Of a DNA stretch of 64,000 nucleotides, positions 1 to 11,455 are shown in pieces (the first letter of the stretch is position 1; each line of letters starts with the position of its first letter). Under the pieces are notes generated by a model. The model was not told where the DNA came from and did not search any database. It saw nothing but the letters and a program-made list of their open reading frames with translations. Made by a program: the position numbers and the translations under genes. The DNA lies in the NCBI RefSeq assembly GCF_964204645.1, contig NC_134028.1:22316345-22380344 (forward strand), read 5' to 3'. Origin of the DNA: Tubulanus polymorphus (Eukaryota; Animalia; Nemertea).

Positions 1-938
1 TCCATCTCGGAGATCTTCTCCAGTAACTTCTGTTTTGCGTTGATGACGTCGTAGACGGACTGGTGCCCGGTGATCTGGTGGAAGTGACCGCGAGAGATGA
101 CCGGTAGTCGCACCGTGTCGACGGTGGCGCCACCACTTGTCTGATCGAGGAGCGGCACGTGCACGTGTTTGCACGTGTGGTTCATCGAACGCAGATATAT
201 CGAACTCATTGTGTTATTGCGTGTCAGTAATGGCGGCTGCGGACGCGGGGGCACGAATCCACCGCCGGAATGCGTGACCGGTCTTTGCTCGATGACTTTA
301 GCCTGGAACCCAGCCGAGCGACAGGCCCACTCCTCCGCGTTCAAATAGAATTCGTTATCGCGAAGCGTCGGACAGGCCTCCCCTAGCGTTAGTAAATCGT
401 AGGCGATTTCGTAGTGACCGTATTTAGCGGCCAGAAGCAGGGCTGTATACCCGAGGCAGTTACGGTGGTCGATCGCCATTCCGTACTTACTCAGAGTCGC
501 CACCAGACCGCGCGCTATTTCCATATGACCAGTTATCGCGGCGTAGTTCAACGGCGTATTACCATCGTTATCCGCTTCGTTCAAACTCAACATGTCTTCC
601 TTGAGGATGAGTCCGGCGATTTTCTCCTGGCCGTTCAGGCAAGCGTACGCCATGGCCGTACGCCCCAGGTTGTCTTTCACGCCGAGTAAAGCCCCCGCTC
701 GCAGTAACAACACGGCCATTTTGGCACCGATCACCCGGTTACCGACCAAACACGCCAACATCAAAGGCGTCCGCCCGTACATATCCTTCTTATCGACGTT
801 CACGTTATATTTGGTGACGAGGATTCGAACCTGGGACACCCGTTCGTCTAACACGGCCTGGTGTAAAGCTGTCTTTATCGGTCGTAGATTTACGACGCGT
901 TTTGCACTAACCGGCAGCGAGTCTCGAGTTTCAGACAT
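1..938 (-). CDS. Ankyrin-repeat protein (ANKRD63/ANKRD34-like), 3' end beyond window edge
   Basis: Absent from the ORF track because it has no stop in the window. Manual translation from ATG at 938 (AAAATG context): MSETRDSLPV...KTALHQAVLDERVSQVRILVTKYNVNVDKKDMYGRTPLMLACLVG...DNLGRTAMAYACLNGQEKIA...DNDGNTPLNYAAITGHMEIA...GYTALLLAAKYGHYEIAYDLL. This gives about 5 ankyrin repeats. The same frame reads SVYDVINAKQKLLEKISEM at the window edge. Confidence 0.9.
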   Translation of the reverse strand, partial: MSETRDSLPVSAKRVVNLRPIKTALHQAVLDERVSQVRILVTKYNVNVDKKDMYGRTPLMLACLVGNRVIGAKMAVLLLRAGALLGVKDNLGRTAMAYACLNGQEKIAGLILKEDMLSLNEADNDGNTPLNYAAITGHMEIARGLVATLSKYGMAIDHRNCLGYTALLLAAKYGHYEIAYDLLTLGEACPTLRDNEFYLNAEEWACRSAGFQAKVIEQRPVTHSGGGFVPPRPQPPLLTRNNTMSSIYLRSMNHTCKHVHVPLLDQTSGGATVDTVRLPVISRGHFHQITGHQSVYDVINAKQKLLEKISEM

Positions 939-1225
939 TTTAAATGTTGATCAATATTGAACGAGATCTTCGAAACGAGAGATATCAATAAGATGCTGTA
1001 CCCGTCAGTTTCTTTTTAAACGAAAAGTTCCTTCGATACAGTTTACTGTTGACACACACAACGTACGCAACACCGTAGGTTCCTAACATTCGACTTCACG
1101 TCCACTGAGAAATCGCCAAGGCAAACAGTACTGTGTCAGTAATCAAGTCACAGTGAACGATCTTTAAACACGTCGGATATAGCGTGTCGATTCGTTGCGG
1201 TCGAGTGAATGTGAAACAGGTGTAG

Positions 1226-1311
1226 TCCTATATACGTATATACATACGCACGGTGTTTTGTGTGAATTCCCTGGCGACGTCACAGCGGTTGGTCGTGCAC
1301 CGCTATGACGT
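1226..1311 (-). promoter_or_regulatory. Putative promoter of the ankyrin gene: TATA-like element plus paired CRE-like (TGACG) sites
   Basis: TATATA-like run at ~1228-1243 and CRE-like sites at 1275-1282 and 1306-1311, 300-370 bp upstream of the ATG. Confidence 0.35.
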
Positions 1312-4300
1312 GAACTCTTGGCATCGGCCTGAAAACAGTGGCATTTATTAATAGGATAAGATATAGCACGTTCCGTATATAGTATGTTTACCTATCGGCA
1401 GATTTCAAATTCGGTGTGACTGGCGATGGGCTGGATGGACAGGGCATTAATGTTCTCTGACCCCAAAAGTTACGAAGCAATTTTCTTTTCATTATTATTT
1501 CTTTATTTTGTATCATCGTTCGTGAAAATGGTTCATTAATATCATATCTTATCGCTTAGTTAAGTGCCCAATTGGTGTATTTGTTCTTTGTTGTAAGTAT
1601 ACATCATAATTGTGTGTAACTTTATTATTCCTGAAATTGGCTGTTAGGATAAAGTCAAAACTTCGAATGAATTATTAGCTCAAGCTGGTTTATTGTTTAA
1701 GGAAACATCGAATAAACTACCAGCTCAGGGAAACATTTTCGGTCTTTAATTTTTCGCCTTTATTGTGATAGATGGATAGATACTTATTTTTCGTAAACCG
1801 TACATACAATATAATTGATAAACGATACTATTATCTATTATTTATTTTTATTTTTTTTTTTTTTTTGGGGGGGGGGGTATTCTCGTGTTACAATATCGTC
1901 ACAACACGATTATAGTATATATCAATGGTAATCTCTCTGGATAATGTTTATTGGTAGCATCGTAAGTAGCACCGGTAGGTGGCAGCAGTATATATTTAAG
2001 TGCAGTTAACTCCCGAGTGTATATAAATCTTGTTGTGTACCGAACGAATGTGGATCTGTTATGTCTTTCACTACCTCCCACATTATATCAGACACATCCA
2101 CACAAACAAACAAGTTTCTGCAGTTAATGTAACTGTCAATTCTACCCGATCTCAGCGGCGTAAAGTGTGTAACCTATACGGGTAACCAACGAGCTAATGT
2201 TGACACCTATCGTGGTAGGTATGTTAGCACGGCCGGCCGCTTCTGGCGTTTCGTTTTGCATCGTGTCGGCTCGTCAGCGATACACCCAGCTCCGTTTCAC
2301 CGACCAGGTGTAAACGTAGCTATAAAACACGTAGTATAAACATAGTTTACGTATCGAATTATGGTTGAATTTAGTGCACTCAACGTCGCTGTCCAAACTA
2401 TGAACTCGATGGTGCGCGCGGGATTCGACTGGTGCGAAAACTAAAAAATTCGTATTTCTATCAGAATCAAAGTATTTACAGTCGTAACGTTTGCATATTC
2501 GAATGTACACGTATGTACAAAATCAATTATTGATCTAAGCGATTCACATTATGATACTCTGTAATATGAAACGGGGAAAGATCAACGTTTGCCTGATGAA
2601 AAAGCGTGTAAAAATTCCACATGCCGATGATATTATCGATCGAAAATGTCTCCGAGTTCGTTGAGCACGCCGTGTGGAAATTGTACTGGAGATTTTTAAT
2701 GCTAACGAACACGTCATGCCAGGTGTTCAACATTTCCAAACGTTTTCGCCTGACAGTCAACATAAGTCAACATAGGCCTATAATACACTCAAATATCGAT
2801 ACTTCGCAGCAGCAAAATATCGAAGGGATATGAACGTATAAACCAAAGGGCCGTTTCACAAACTATTTCATACTATCCCAATAGCTTTGTGTTGTAGCTA
2901 ATAAAACTATTTCTATGAAAGCAGTTCTATCTATGAAACATCCCCCAGGGGTGCACACAGGATCTTCCATGCGGGCGGGGAAGTTTAATCTTCTGAAATA
3001 GTGGAACTGCCACCGGACCTGTTTCGGTTATTCAAATCACGGTATGCAGTCAACACCGTGGCGAAACTAACCGCGCTGTATTCGGTCGTAGACCACGATA
3101 TGTGTTTATCTTCAACCAATAATATTTTTCCTACAAGATACCAAATGAGAAATCTGATATTTCAAGGCGTCGTCGCTATTCACGCATTATCAATCGTGCT
3201 TTCTGCCGGAGTATTTGTTCGTCCAACAGAACACGCTTAAGAAGGTGTCATTTCCTTATGAAAATTGTTTCCAGTTTCAATAACGCTTAACGCCAAAAGA
3301 TGTTATTCGTCGACTTTTAACGTTGTGTCTTTAAGACAACAACTGTCCGCGTATTTGTGTATTCGTGCTCGTCTTGATTTTATTCCGAATCCGATATTCG
3401 AATTGCGGCATCGTTCTTTAGTATAACATATCAAAGTTCAATGGTCCCTTAATACCAAAAAGCCACAATTTTAAAGAAGACGCGTAAAAACGGAGTATCA
3501 ACTATGGACTAAATTGATAATCTGAAATTGTATTATTTTCAATAGACAAGTAACATTCTGTCTTAGAAACTGTCGAACTGCTTTCGACGTTTTGGCCCGT
3601 GCCGAGTGGGGCTTCGGGGATAGCGAGCGAATCCCCTAAAATTTTCAAAGAGCCCTTCAAAGTCAGTATCAAAACATTTGGATCAAGATTTTGCGAAATC
3701 TGGATACTACGGAAGCGTCCTGGGGACATATCTATTAAAGAGAAATTTTCGAGGTTAAGTCCGAGTTTTTAACTCGGAATGAACTAGTTTTCTCAGTTAA
3801 ATGTGATTTTTGGAGGTTTATCCCGAATGAGCAGCTACAAACTAATTAACCTCAAAAATCACATTCTCAAATGATCAGGTACCCGGACACTTCATATGTT
3901 AGATGTGTCCTTTTTCAAAAGTAAGTGGCCGTTTTCTCGGTAAAAAGTGCCCTTGAGCTTGAAATAGAACTGCCCCTCAAAAAAGCGTGGCACGGACCTG
4001 CGTTTTGATTAACTGCTCCTGTTTTCCCGTTGAATGACTGAAATAATCGTATCACACATTCTCTCTCTCCCTCCGTTGTATCAACGACCCGTGTAGTACA
4101 GTCGTTTCTATTTATGTCCGCTGTGAAATGGGCGTTACATTTTATAAAGAAACACATTCTATAATCTATTATTTATTACTAGAATAGTTTTTTTCGTCAC
4201 AGGTTTTAGAACAGGATTGCTTTGTGTTTTGTTATTTCATTCCGCGCTCGTTAGATACGTATTACAATGAACAATTATTTTCTCATAAAACTTATGTTAT

Positions 4301-4543
4301 TCTATTCATTATCATTATCATTATTATTATTATTTTCATCATTATTAGTGTATCAATAGTGCCTGTATCCACATGATGTGACCGAAGATACCGTGTATGT
4401 ACTAGATGATTAATATGTTTTTAGACGTCGTAAAGACCCTGATGCTCTAACAGGGAAGCTTATTCCAAAAGCTAGATATAGAGCGATGTTAATTTCATCG
4501 GTCCCAAATGATCCGATTTAAGCGTGGTCAGATTTAAATGTGG

Positions 4544-7500
4544 TCAACTGTATTCAACTACCCAGTCTGATTTGGTTGCGCGATGTTTATTTTGCGTTTG
4601 GTTTTTCGTTGAGCGACGCTTCACGCAGAAATACGTTCCAATGGCGGCGGCTGCCACGATCACCACTGCACCGACTCCGATCCCGATATAGATAGCGTAG
4701 TTATTATCACTATTATCGGCAGCTGGAATCACTGAAAAATTGATAAATGATTTGTGAGAAATAAATAAATGTAGATAAATGTTTGTGTATCACTTCGGTT
4801 CTTCAAATCACCAGACAAGTCGTTTCCCTGCTGTTGGACACAGGACCATGTTTATCTTTTTAGAGTAATCATTTGACTCGAATCATTACTCAGAGATTTA
4901 ATCAGGCGGTTTCCACTTGAACTTGTTCAGAAAGTTTTGTTTCGTAAAAACACATGAAAGATAATACAATACTGATTAAACTGCTTTAGGTAACACCGTG
5001 ATCCAGCGCAATTTCAATAAAATGGATTCTTTTTGCTGGCGTTCACTGGCGATCGACGTCTTCTCATCTAGTTTATCTTTCGGATCCCCTTTTAAATCTT
5101 AACTATAACGCAGTCTCCCGCTACGCAAATAAGATTGTACGAGGCCAGTGGGTTCGAGTCCCGATTAGTGCACGTTTTAATTTCACAATCACTCGTATGG
5201 ATGTCCTTCTAGTACTTCATAATTTCATTCGCCTATAGATTCTCTCACCTTCACAAACTGGCTTCGCTCCTTCCCATCTGCCATTCGTAGTGCAGGTTAT
5301 TTTATTGCTGGTGCCGTTTTCCAGTTTATAACCATTCTGGCATGTATATGTGATCACGGCTGGATGTCTGGTAGACGGCGAGGAAAACATCGCGAACTCA
5401 ACCGACATCGGTTTCCCACAATCAACACCTGCGACATTAATAATTAAATCTATATTTCATAAATTTCACCAAAAATTCGTGAAGACGAATTTTTGATTTC
5501 ACGTAATTTACGTTTAAAATTTCTATCATTATTATAATGAATGTGTAAAGATTTCGTCGTGTGGCAAAGAAATACATTTAGAACGATTTTTAAATCAGCA
5601 TTGATGAAAGTTTCCGAAGAACATGTCATGGGTATTCCTATTCTACCTCGGCAGGGAATCGGACCTGATGGCATCGCTAGACTCAGCCACGGCTGGAACC
5701 CACCACACCAGACCGGGTGCGCAGGTTTGCCGCACGAAAACTTGCGGCACCAATCAGATTGCTCGTTGTATAATCACTGAGGTGAATTTAATGGAAAAAC
5801 TATAAAATGGAAAAAACTGGGCTAGAATAAAACGGGATTTTTTATTGGCTGATAACGATACCTTCTAAGTTGCGCATATGCCTGCGCACATGGTCTCGTG
5901 TGGCAGGGTTTCGTACCGTGGCAACCTCGATGCCTCCAGGTTCGAATCCCTGCCGAGGAGGATGGGGTGTTCCCCGTTCATGAAATAACCAATAGCAAGA
6001 TCCAGTGTTAATGATTACCGAGACAAACTAGATCCGGGCTCCATTTTCCGTTTTCGTCGCATCTTTTCGTGCCGTTTTGATTTTCGAAATAGAAGCCTTC
6101 GTCGCACGTATGCGTGGCTATTTCATCGTACGTTGTCTTATTGAACTCGACTGTACCATGCGCTATACTCGGTGCCCGGCCGCAGTCCTTCACTAAACCG
6201 CCATACACAAAATATAATCTTAATTAATGTTCGATTACTACAATATCAATTACAAACTAATATCATATATCTATTAAGTACGTACTTTTACATACAGGGG
6301 GCGCCCAATCAGTCCACAGCACAGTCGTTGAGTTAGCTTCACATTTTCTAGTGACTTCACCGGATATGAGCTCGTGACCCAGGATACACGTGTAGGTCAG
6401 GACGGTCCCGTGTTCGCAACCGCGTTCGTTGATTGGTTTATTTACTGACCACGTGGCATTGCCGATAGTATCCGGGGCATCTTTACACGTTTTAACTAGA
6501 AATGGTGATGATGTGGGTTACGTATGAACTCGTCAATATCTGAGGTGCAATACTTAAAGAACATGGTCGTCAAATGCTCAGTAGAACCAGGGTGGTTCAC
6601 TCCCACGTCCCTGGTAGAACGTTATGAGAACATAATGCATTGAACTGTCTCTGTCTGATAGTTGGATATGAGACCACAAGGTCATTAAAGATACAAAGGG
6701 CACATGACCCCCAAAATAGTACTAGAATGACCAACTCCAAATACGGTGGGAGATTCCCTACAATCTTTATTCGACTCGGATGTACTTGCATACCTACACT
6801 GCGATAGCCCTCATTTATGAAGGTTCGAATATTTCAGAAGTTTATGGATTTCCCCTGGATACCCCCGCGTTTATGAACAAACCGATGAACTCTCGAATTG
6901 CTTTTTTACTACAAGATTCATCGGATTTTTAACAGCAATCTGAGCTTACAGTTAAAACAGTTCCCGGCTACGTTTGACTTCTGAGTTGAAACCGGTTCAT
7001 GTCCAATGTTTTCACTCTTGTTTGAGCTAAATTCAAAAACGCGTGGAAGTAGATCATACTTACGGTAACAACTGATTTCACCGTGGTCTTTCAGCAATAG
7101 CCACGTCTGATTCCGCAAACAAATACGTCTCCCGTTATCGTTTGCAGTAAGGTTTGTTTCTGCGAACGGTAGACATTCATACGTAACTTCAGATAACCAT
7201 TTATTGCCGTAAGTCGTCGTGTAATTAGTAAACGGTATTGCCGGTGGATCCGGGCATGGCATATCTACAAAATGACAGTATTCATGTGATATCAGGGCTG
7301 TTTTTAAGATTCTTGGGAGAAGAATAATCAACTCAGTCCAATAAAACACATAAAAATCGAATATTGTGAATCAAGCAAAATGAGTATTTATCAGGTTCAA
7401 TCATCCTTTTACCATTTTAGTTTATAGGTCGTTCATGGCTTATGTCTAAAAATGGTGTAAAATCGTATGACTGATCTGAGTTGACCATCTATGCCTTGAC

Positions 7501-8724
7501 TGTGCGACAGGCCTCAAGGACTGGTCTTATCGACTGCAATTAACTCAAACAATAGAACAACACAATTGACTGAGAATTGTGTAAAAGTTCAAGTTATAGT
7601 ACTCTACAAAACTGACCTGCATCCAGTTAAACAGTTATGAGTTAGAGTTAACTCTGAGTTAAATCCTAACTCTGGGACTGAATCTCAAACTTACGTACTT
7701 TGCCTGCGATATACTGATGATGGACAATAACCATTGATCCAGCTCTCTCCATTCTCTAGTTTGCCATCTTGTATGTAATGGACGCAGTTACAGTCATTAT
7801 TATCCTGTGCCTGACCCCCGACTACATATCCTAAACGATATTAAAGTCAAAAGTGAAAACTTTAATATTGCGGGAATGACATCTTCTATAAATTTCGGAT
7901 TGAAACATTGTTATCTTGAAACTTACTCGGACATCTGCACGATTCAGCGCAGGATTTTTGACAATGAACAGGAGTGTACGTGGTATCTATGTCGCAGTCG
8001 CCTCTGGCAGCCGACTCCGCACAATCCGACTTCTGAGCTACATCATCCACGCAGGTATTTGCTAAAATCCGTAACCGAACAATCACCCATTCGCTTATTA
8101 GACCAGCTGTGTTAGCTGATCGCTAGAACCAGGTTTCACAGTGTTCTGATTTAGATATTTACTTAAAGGTAAACCTGTTTAAAATGAACTTACTCTAGAC
8201 GGAGTTACACGCTAATTGATTAGTACTGACTTTATTGGTGCGAGGGTGTGATTGGGTATACAGGAGTGTCATGAAAATCTTATAAAAAACTTTCATCTTA
8301 AAACTTAAAATCTTTGTATTTGTATTACTATTGTACGATTATTATAATTCAAATGGATGGTGAATAAAATAATGATTATCATTATTACTATATCTAAGTG
8401 TTGAAATTCATTCCTTTCCAACGTCCTAACCAAGAACCGTGGAACAGGGTCCAGTTCCACAGTAAGTAAGTTAGAGGTAACTCTAATTCAAAATCAGTTC
8501 ATTTTCAAGGATTTGATTCTTAGTCAATTCCTAACTCAGAACTATAGAGCTGGGCCCAGGTTCCATGTTATGAAGAATCTAGAATCATAAACCTGATAAA
8601 AATAACAGCAATATTGAACAATGAACGTACCCGCAATTGGTTTGAACCAGTTACCAGATAAAAGTATTAATATGATCACCGCGTACACGGACAGTAAATC
8701 CGTCGTCTTATTCTGATGATGCAT
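4544..8724 (-). CDS. Type I membrane protein: signal peptide - ShKT - Cys-containing linker - 4 sushi/CCP domains - TM - short cytoplasmic tail
   Basis: Exons (minus): 8631-8724 (signal peptide; alternative donor at 8655), 7927-8061 (ShKT: CVDDVAQKSDCAESAARGDC...HCQKSCAESC), 7699-7830, 7064-7264 (CCP1 CPDPP...YEC...C...W...C), 6286-6495 (CCP2), 6019-6192 (CCP3 CGRAPSIAHG...CDEGF...CDENGKWS...C), 5249-5428 (CCP4 CGKP...YTCQNGY...CTTNGRWEGAKPVC), 4544-4731 (TM IYIGIGVGAVVIVAAAAIGTYFCV + KRR). All introns are GT-AG and phase 1, and internal exon lengths are multiples of 3. Confidence 0.85.
5628..5735 (-). mobile_element. tRNA-derived SINE-like repeat, copy A
   Basis: Diverged reverse complement of 5871-5982 (CCTCGGCAGGGAATCGGACC vs GGTTCGAATCCCTGCCGAGG). 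Confidence 0.55.
5871..5982 (+). mobile_element. tRNA-derived SINE-like repeat, copy B
   Basis: A-box-like TGGTCTCGTGTGG and B-box GGTTCGAATCCC, without a full cloverleaf. Confidence 0.6.
8448..8556. mobile_element. MITE (PIF/Harbinger-like) with CAG target-site duplication
   Basis: CAG-GGTCCAGTTCCACAG...CTATAGAGCTGGGCC-CAG. The same terminal motif recurs at ~29946, ~41535 and ~49853. Confidence 0.55.
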
Positions 8725-9729
8725 TGAATCTGTTTTTCTTATTACAGAAAATCATCTAAGCGGTCATCTGAATACGTTACTTTCCATTCGTATAGAATAA
8801 AACTGACCAGGTTGTAATCACAGTTCTGCAGCGCACGCGCAAGTGACTCAATGGATACAGAAAAAAATTAAAAGTGCGTCTTGAAAGTTAATTTTTCCTG
8901 ATTTGGTTAAAAGGCTTAGATATTCTATACCAAACAAGTCGCAGCGGCCGATATACAACACAAAGCGCATTGCTGAACATTGTCAATATATTTGTTTGAG
9001 ATTTGACATAAATCAACGCGGGGAATTTCGAGAATTATATTCAATTGCATAATTACGCGCACACGACATGAACGCCAAGATATTTCACCATTAAATCTAT
9101 ACATAGAACCCACGGCATGTGATATTTCCTGAATTTGTTTTTTTTTTCATTTTGTTTTTCTATCGCGAAGTCGCTTTCTGGACGAAATATTGAGTCAAAA
9201 GTATTGCTTTCTATCTAAAGGTATATCCTACTTCATTCTCTCGCCTGTTAGATACGTTCGTATATTACAATAAACATCTTAGCAGTTCTGGCCACCATTT
9301 TGTCCTGTATTGTAGGGTCATTTTTTTCTTATTTTCTAAAAACTATTTGCGACGCGTATGTTGATCGGTCCTTGGATAAATTTTGACTATTTCAGCAACA
9401 TTATATAAACCGCGAAAATCTCTAGTTTCCAGTTACGCAAGGTCACTCTGCAAAAGCAAGAGAGCGCTATGAAAAAAAACCTGTGGAATGACTTAAAGTT
9501 CTATTAGTCTTGTTAACACGACTATCGACGAAAACACAACGGAATTGTAACAACTGCCAAACGCTTGTTTAACGGACCATAATGTCCGACAGGTCCTATC
9601 GTGGCTGGCATTCTATTAAGTCCAACGAGACTATTTTTTCCATCCTCTGTGTAGATTTCGGACAGATTTGGACTGTGAAGGATGTAATGGTCCATAACGA
9701 ACACCATCGCCGTATGAGAATATATATTT

Positions 9730-10104
9730 TTTCAAATCTCTGCTTATGGCATTCTTAGTTTCTTTCCACTGATGGTTCCGAGAATGAAATACTCATCAAC
9801 TGCGTGCTTCGACGGGGCTCGTGGTGTGACGTTAACTCGAAGTAACGAAATGTTTTCGTTTTATCCGATATCACTGTTGAATGTGTTATGGTCGTGGCAG
9901 GCTTATTCATACAGCTGCAGTGCATTAGCATCCAGCATATTTGTACCCATGTGTGCGCTGATCAGTTTAAATCTTATTTTGATCGCGAGTCTCATAATCA
10001 TCAAACTATCAAACAGAAAAAAGTTGAATAAGAATGCCGTCGGCAGTTTAGAGCTGCAGGTTTTACGAATGTCGTTTGCTCTAGTCGTCTCATACGTTAG
10101 CTGT
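9730..10104 (+). pseudogene. Class A GPCR fragment (TM4-TM6), duplicate of 16580-16958
   Basis: Near-identical to 16595-16958 (MVPRMKYSSTACFDG...LRMSFALVVSYVSC). It lacks TM1-3 and is cut after AGCTGT at 10104. Confidence 0.85.
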
Positions 10105-10160
10105 ATGGACTATACTGATACCCATTATCTGGCATACTGTATGCCTGATAATGGGTATAA
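10099..10160. repeat. Short palindromic element, copy 1
   Basis: ATACCCATTATCTGGCATAC-T-GTATGCCTGATAATGGGTAT; second copy at 19014-19085. Confidence 0.8.
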
Positions 10161-10534
10161 CGCAGTCTCAAATGTTTTGTGACTTTCTCAAAATGTATCA
10201 AAAATTTAACTAATCTTTAGTTCATAAGTCTTCAGATATTCATAAATAAACATTTAAAAATTGTTGAAACTTGTCGACTCTGCTGTAAAATCAACCTATT
10301 AACAGTCCGGAATGTGGGATAATGTCGGGCTTTAGAGAACAAAATGCCCCCGAGGTCTTCACATTTACAGAAAAGATTACGTAAGTGATTAAGTAAGGCG
10401 CACAATAGAAATCTGAGCCGCGCGTTCTTTGAGTGTTACCAATTAAGAGGACCGCTATTGTGAAAATTGACCTTGGGAGGAATATTGACCAAAAACTTGA
10501 CCAAGGGGTTCGATATTCAAAGAAATGACTAAAA

Positions 10535-10822
10535 ATATCCTTTATTGTTCTTCTATTTATTCTTCTAAATTCTTCATATCTATTAAATCTGCTTGCCATT
10601 GTGAATCAATATATGAAACCATAACTTTTCTTGTTAAATAATACTTATCCATTTTCTTATGGATTTGATATGTTGGTTGATTTTGTAAGCATAATTTTAA
10701 TTCACTATACTTATATTTTCATTATCAGATTTTATTTTATCCCATAATTCTTAAACACTAGAATATGATACTTCACTCTGTGGGTTATAAAATAAATCTC
10801 TTAAGTATTGTTCTTTTTTCAT
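10535..10822 (-). pseudogene. Maverick-type retroviral-like (rve/c-int) integrase, N-terminal fragment
   Basis: Manual translation across stops and frameshifts: MKKEQYLRDLFYNPQSEVSYSSV*ELWDKIKS...YSELKL...NQPTYQIHKKMDKYYLTRKVMVSYIDSQWQADLIDMKNLE...NKGY. WQADL carries the first Asp of the DDE triad, and the sequence is truncated thereafter. Confidence 0.8.
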
Positions 10823-10828
10823 CTTATC

Positions 10829-11188
10829 TTAATCAATTAATAATAATCTTGATTTAGTTTCAATGACTTTATCATTTGATTTATTTTCTGGTATAATAGG
10901 TTTATCATCATCATCATTATTGTTATTTAATTTAGATTTGTATATTACGCCAGAGAATATAATTACTGTGATTAACCCAATTGCAATATATAAGTAATTA
11001 TTTCTTCCAGTATTAGAAGAATTAGATGGATTATTATTTAAATTAATCTTAGATAATTTCTGTGATTCATTTATATCAGTTAATTTCTTTTTCTTAGCTC
11101 TTTTCAATTCTGAAGTCTTTTTACCTAATTCCTTTGCCTATATAATTTGTTTTTCTGATCTAGGATTTTTCTGAATATCAACACTCAT
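10829..11188 (-). pseudogene. Polinton accessory ORF: basic N-terminus plus a single TM helix
   Basis: ATG at 11188: MSVDIQKNPRSEKQII*AKELGKKTSELKRAKKKK...NYLYIAIGLITVIIFSGVIYKSK, with one in-frame TAG. Confidence 0.6.
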
Positions 11189-11455
11189 TTATTATGGATA
11201 ATTTTTGTTCTGATTCAATATCTTTTTCGATAATATCTGATTTATATACTATAGGTTTGATATAAGAAAAAGTTATTACATCAGTAGACATTAATGTCAT
11301 TATTCCGCCTAGTTGGAATGATGCATATCTAACCCATTTTTGTAATTCTGTCATAACTAAATAATCATTTTTTAAATCAGTATATAGTTTATTTTCATCA
11401 TCAATTGGTAATATCCGGTTACATAACTTAGAATAACATTTAACTATTCCAGCTA
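11178..11455 (-). pseudogene. 3' part of a Polinton accessory ORF, now fused in frame to the truncated PolB
   Basis: GIVKCYSKLCNRILPIDDENKLYTDLKNDYLVMTELQKW...IT does not resemble the expected PolB palm continuation and overlaps the start of the next ORF. Confidence 0.55.

Noticed and set aside
414-960. Plus-strand ORFs 414-689 and 592-960
   Set aside because: Antisense shadows of the minus-strand ankyrin CDS.
9522-9707. 61-aa ORF with LHSPNLS, reminiscent of mariner YSPDL
   Set aside because: A single weak word match with no other transposase motifs or TIRs.
10291-10599. 102-aa minus-strand ORF next to the Polinton
   Set aside because: Wrong frame over the integrase remnant and runs into unrelated flank; no recognisable motifs.
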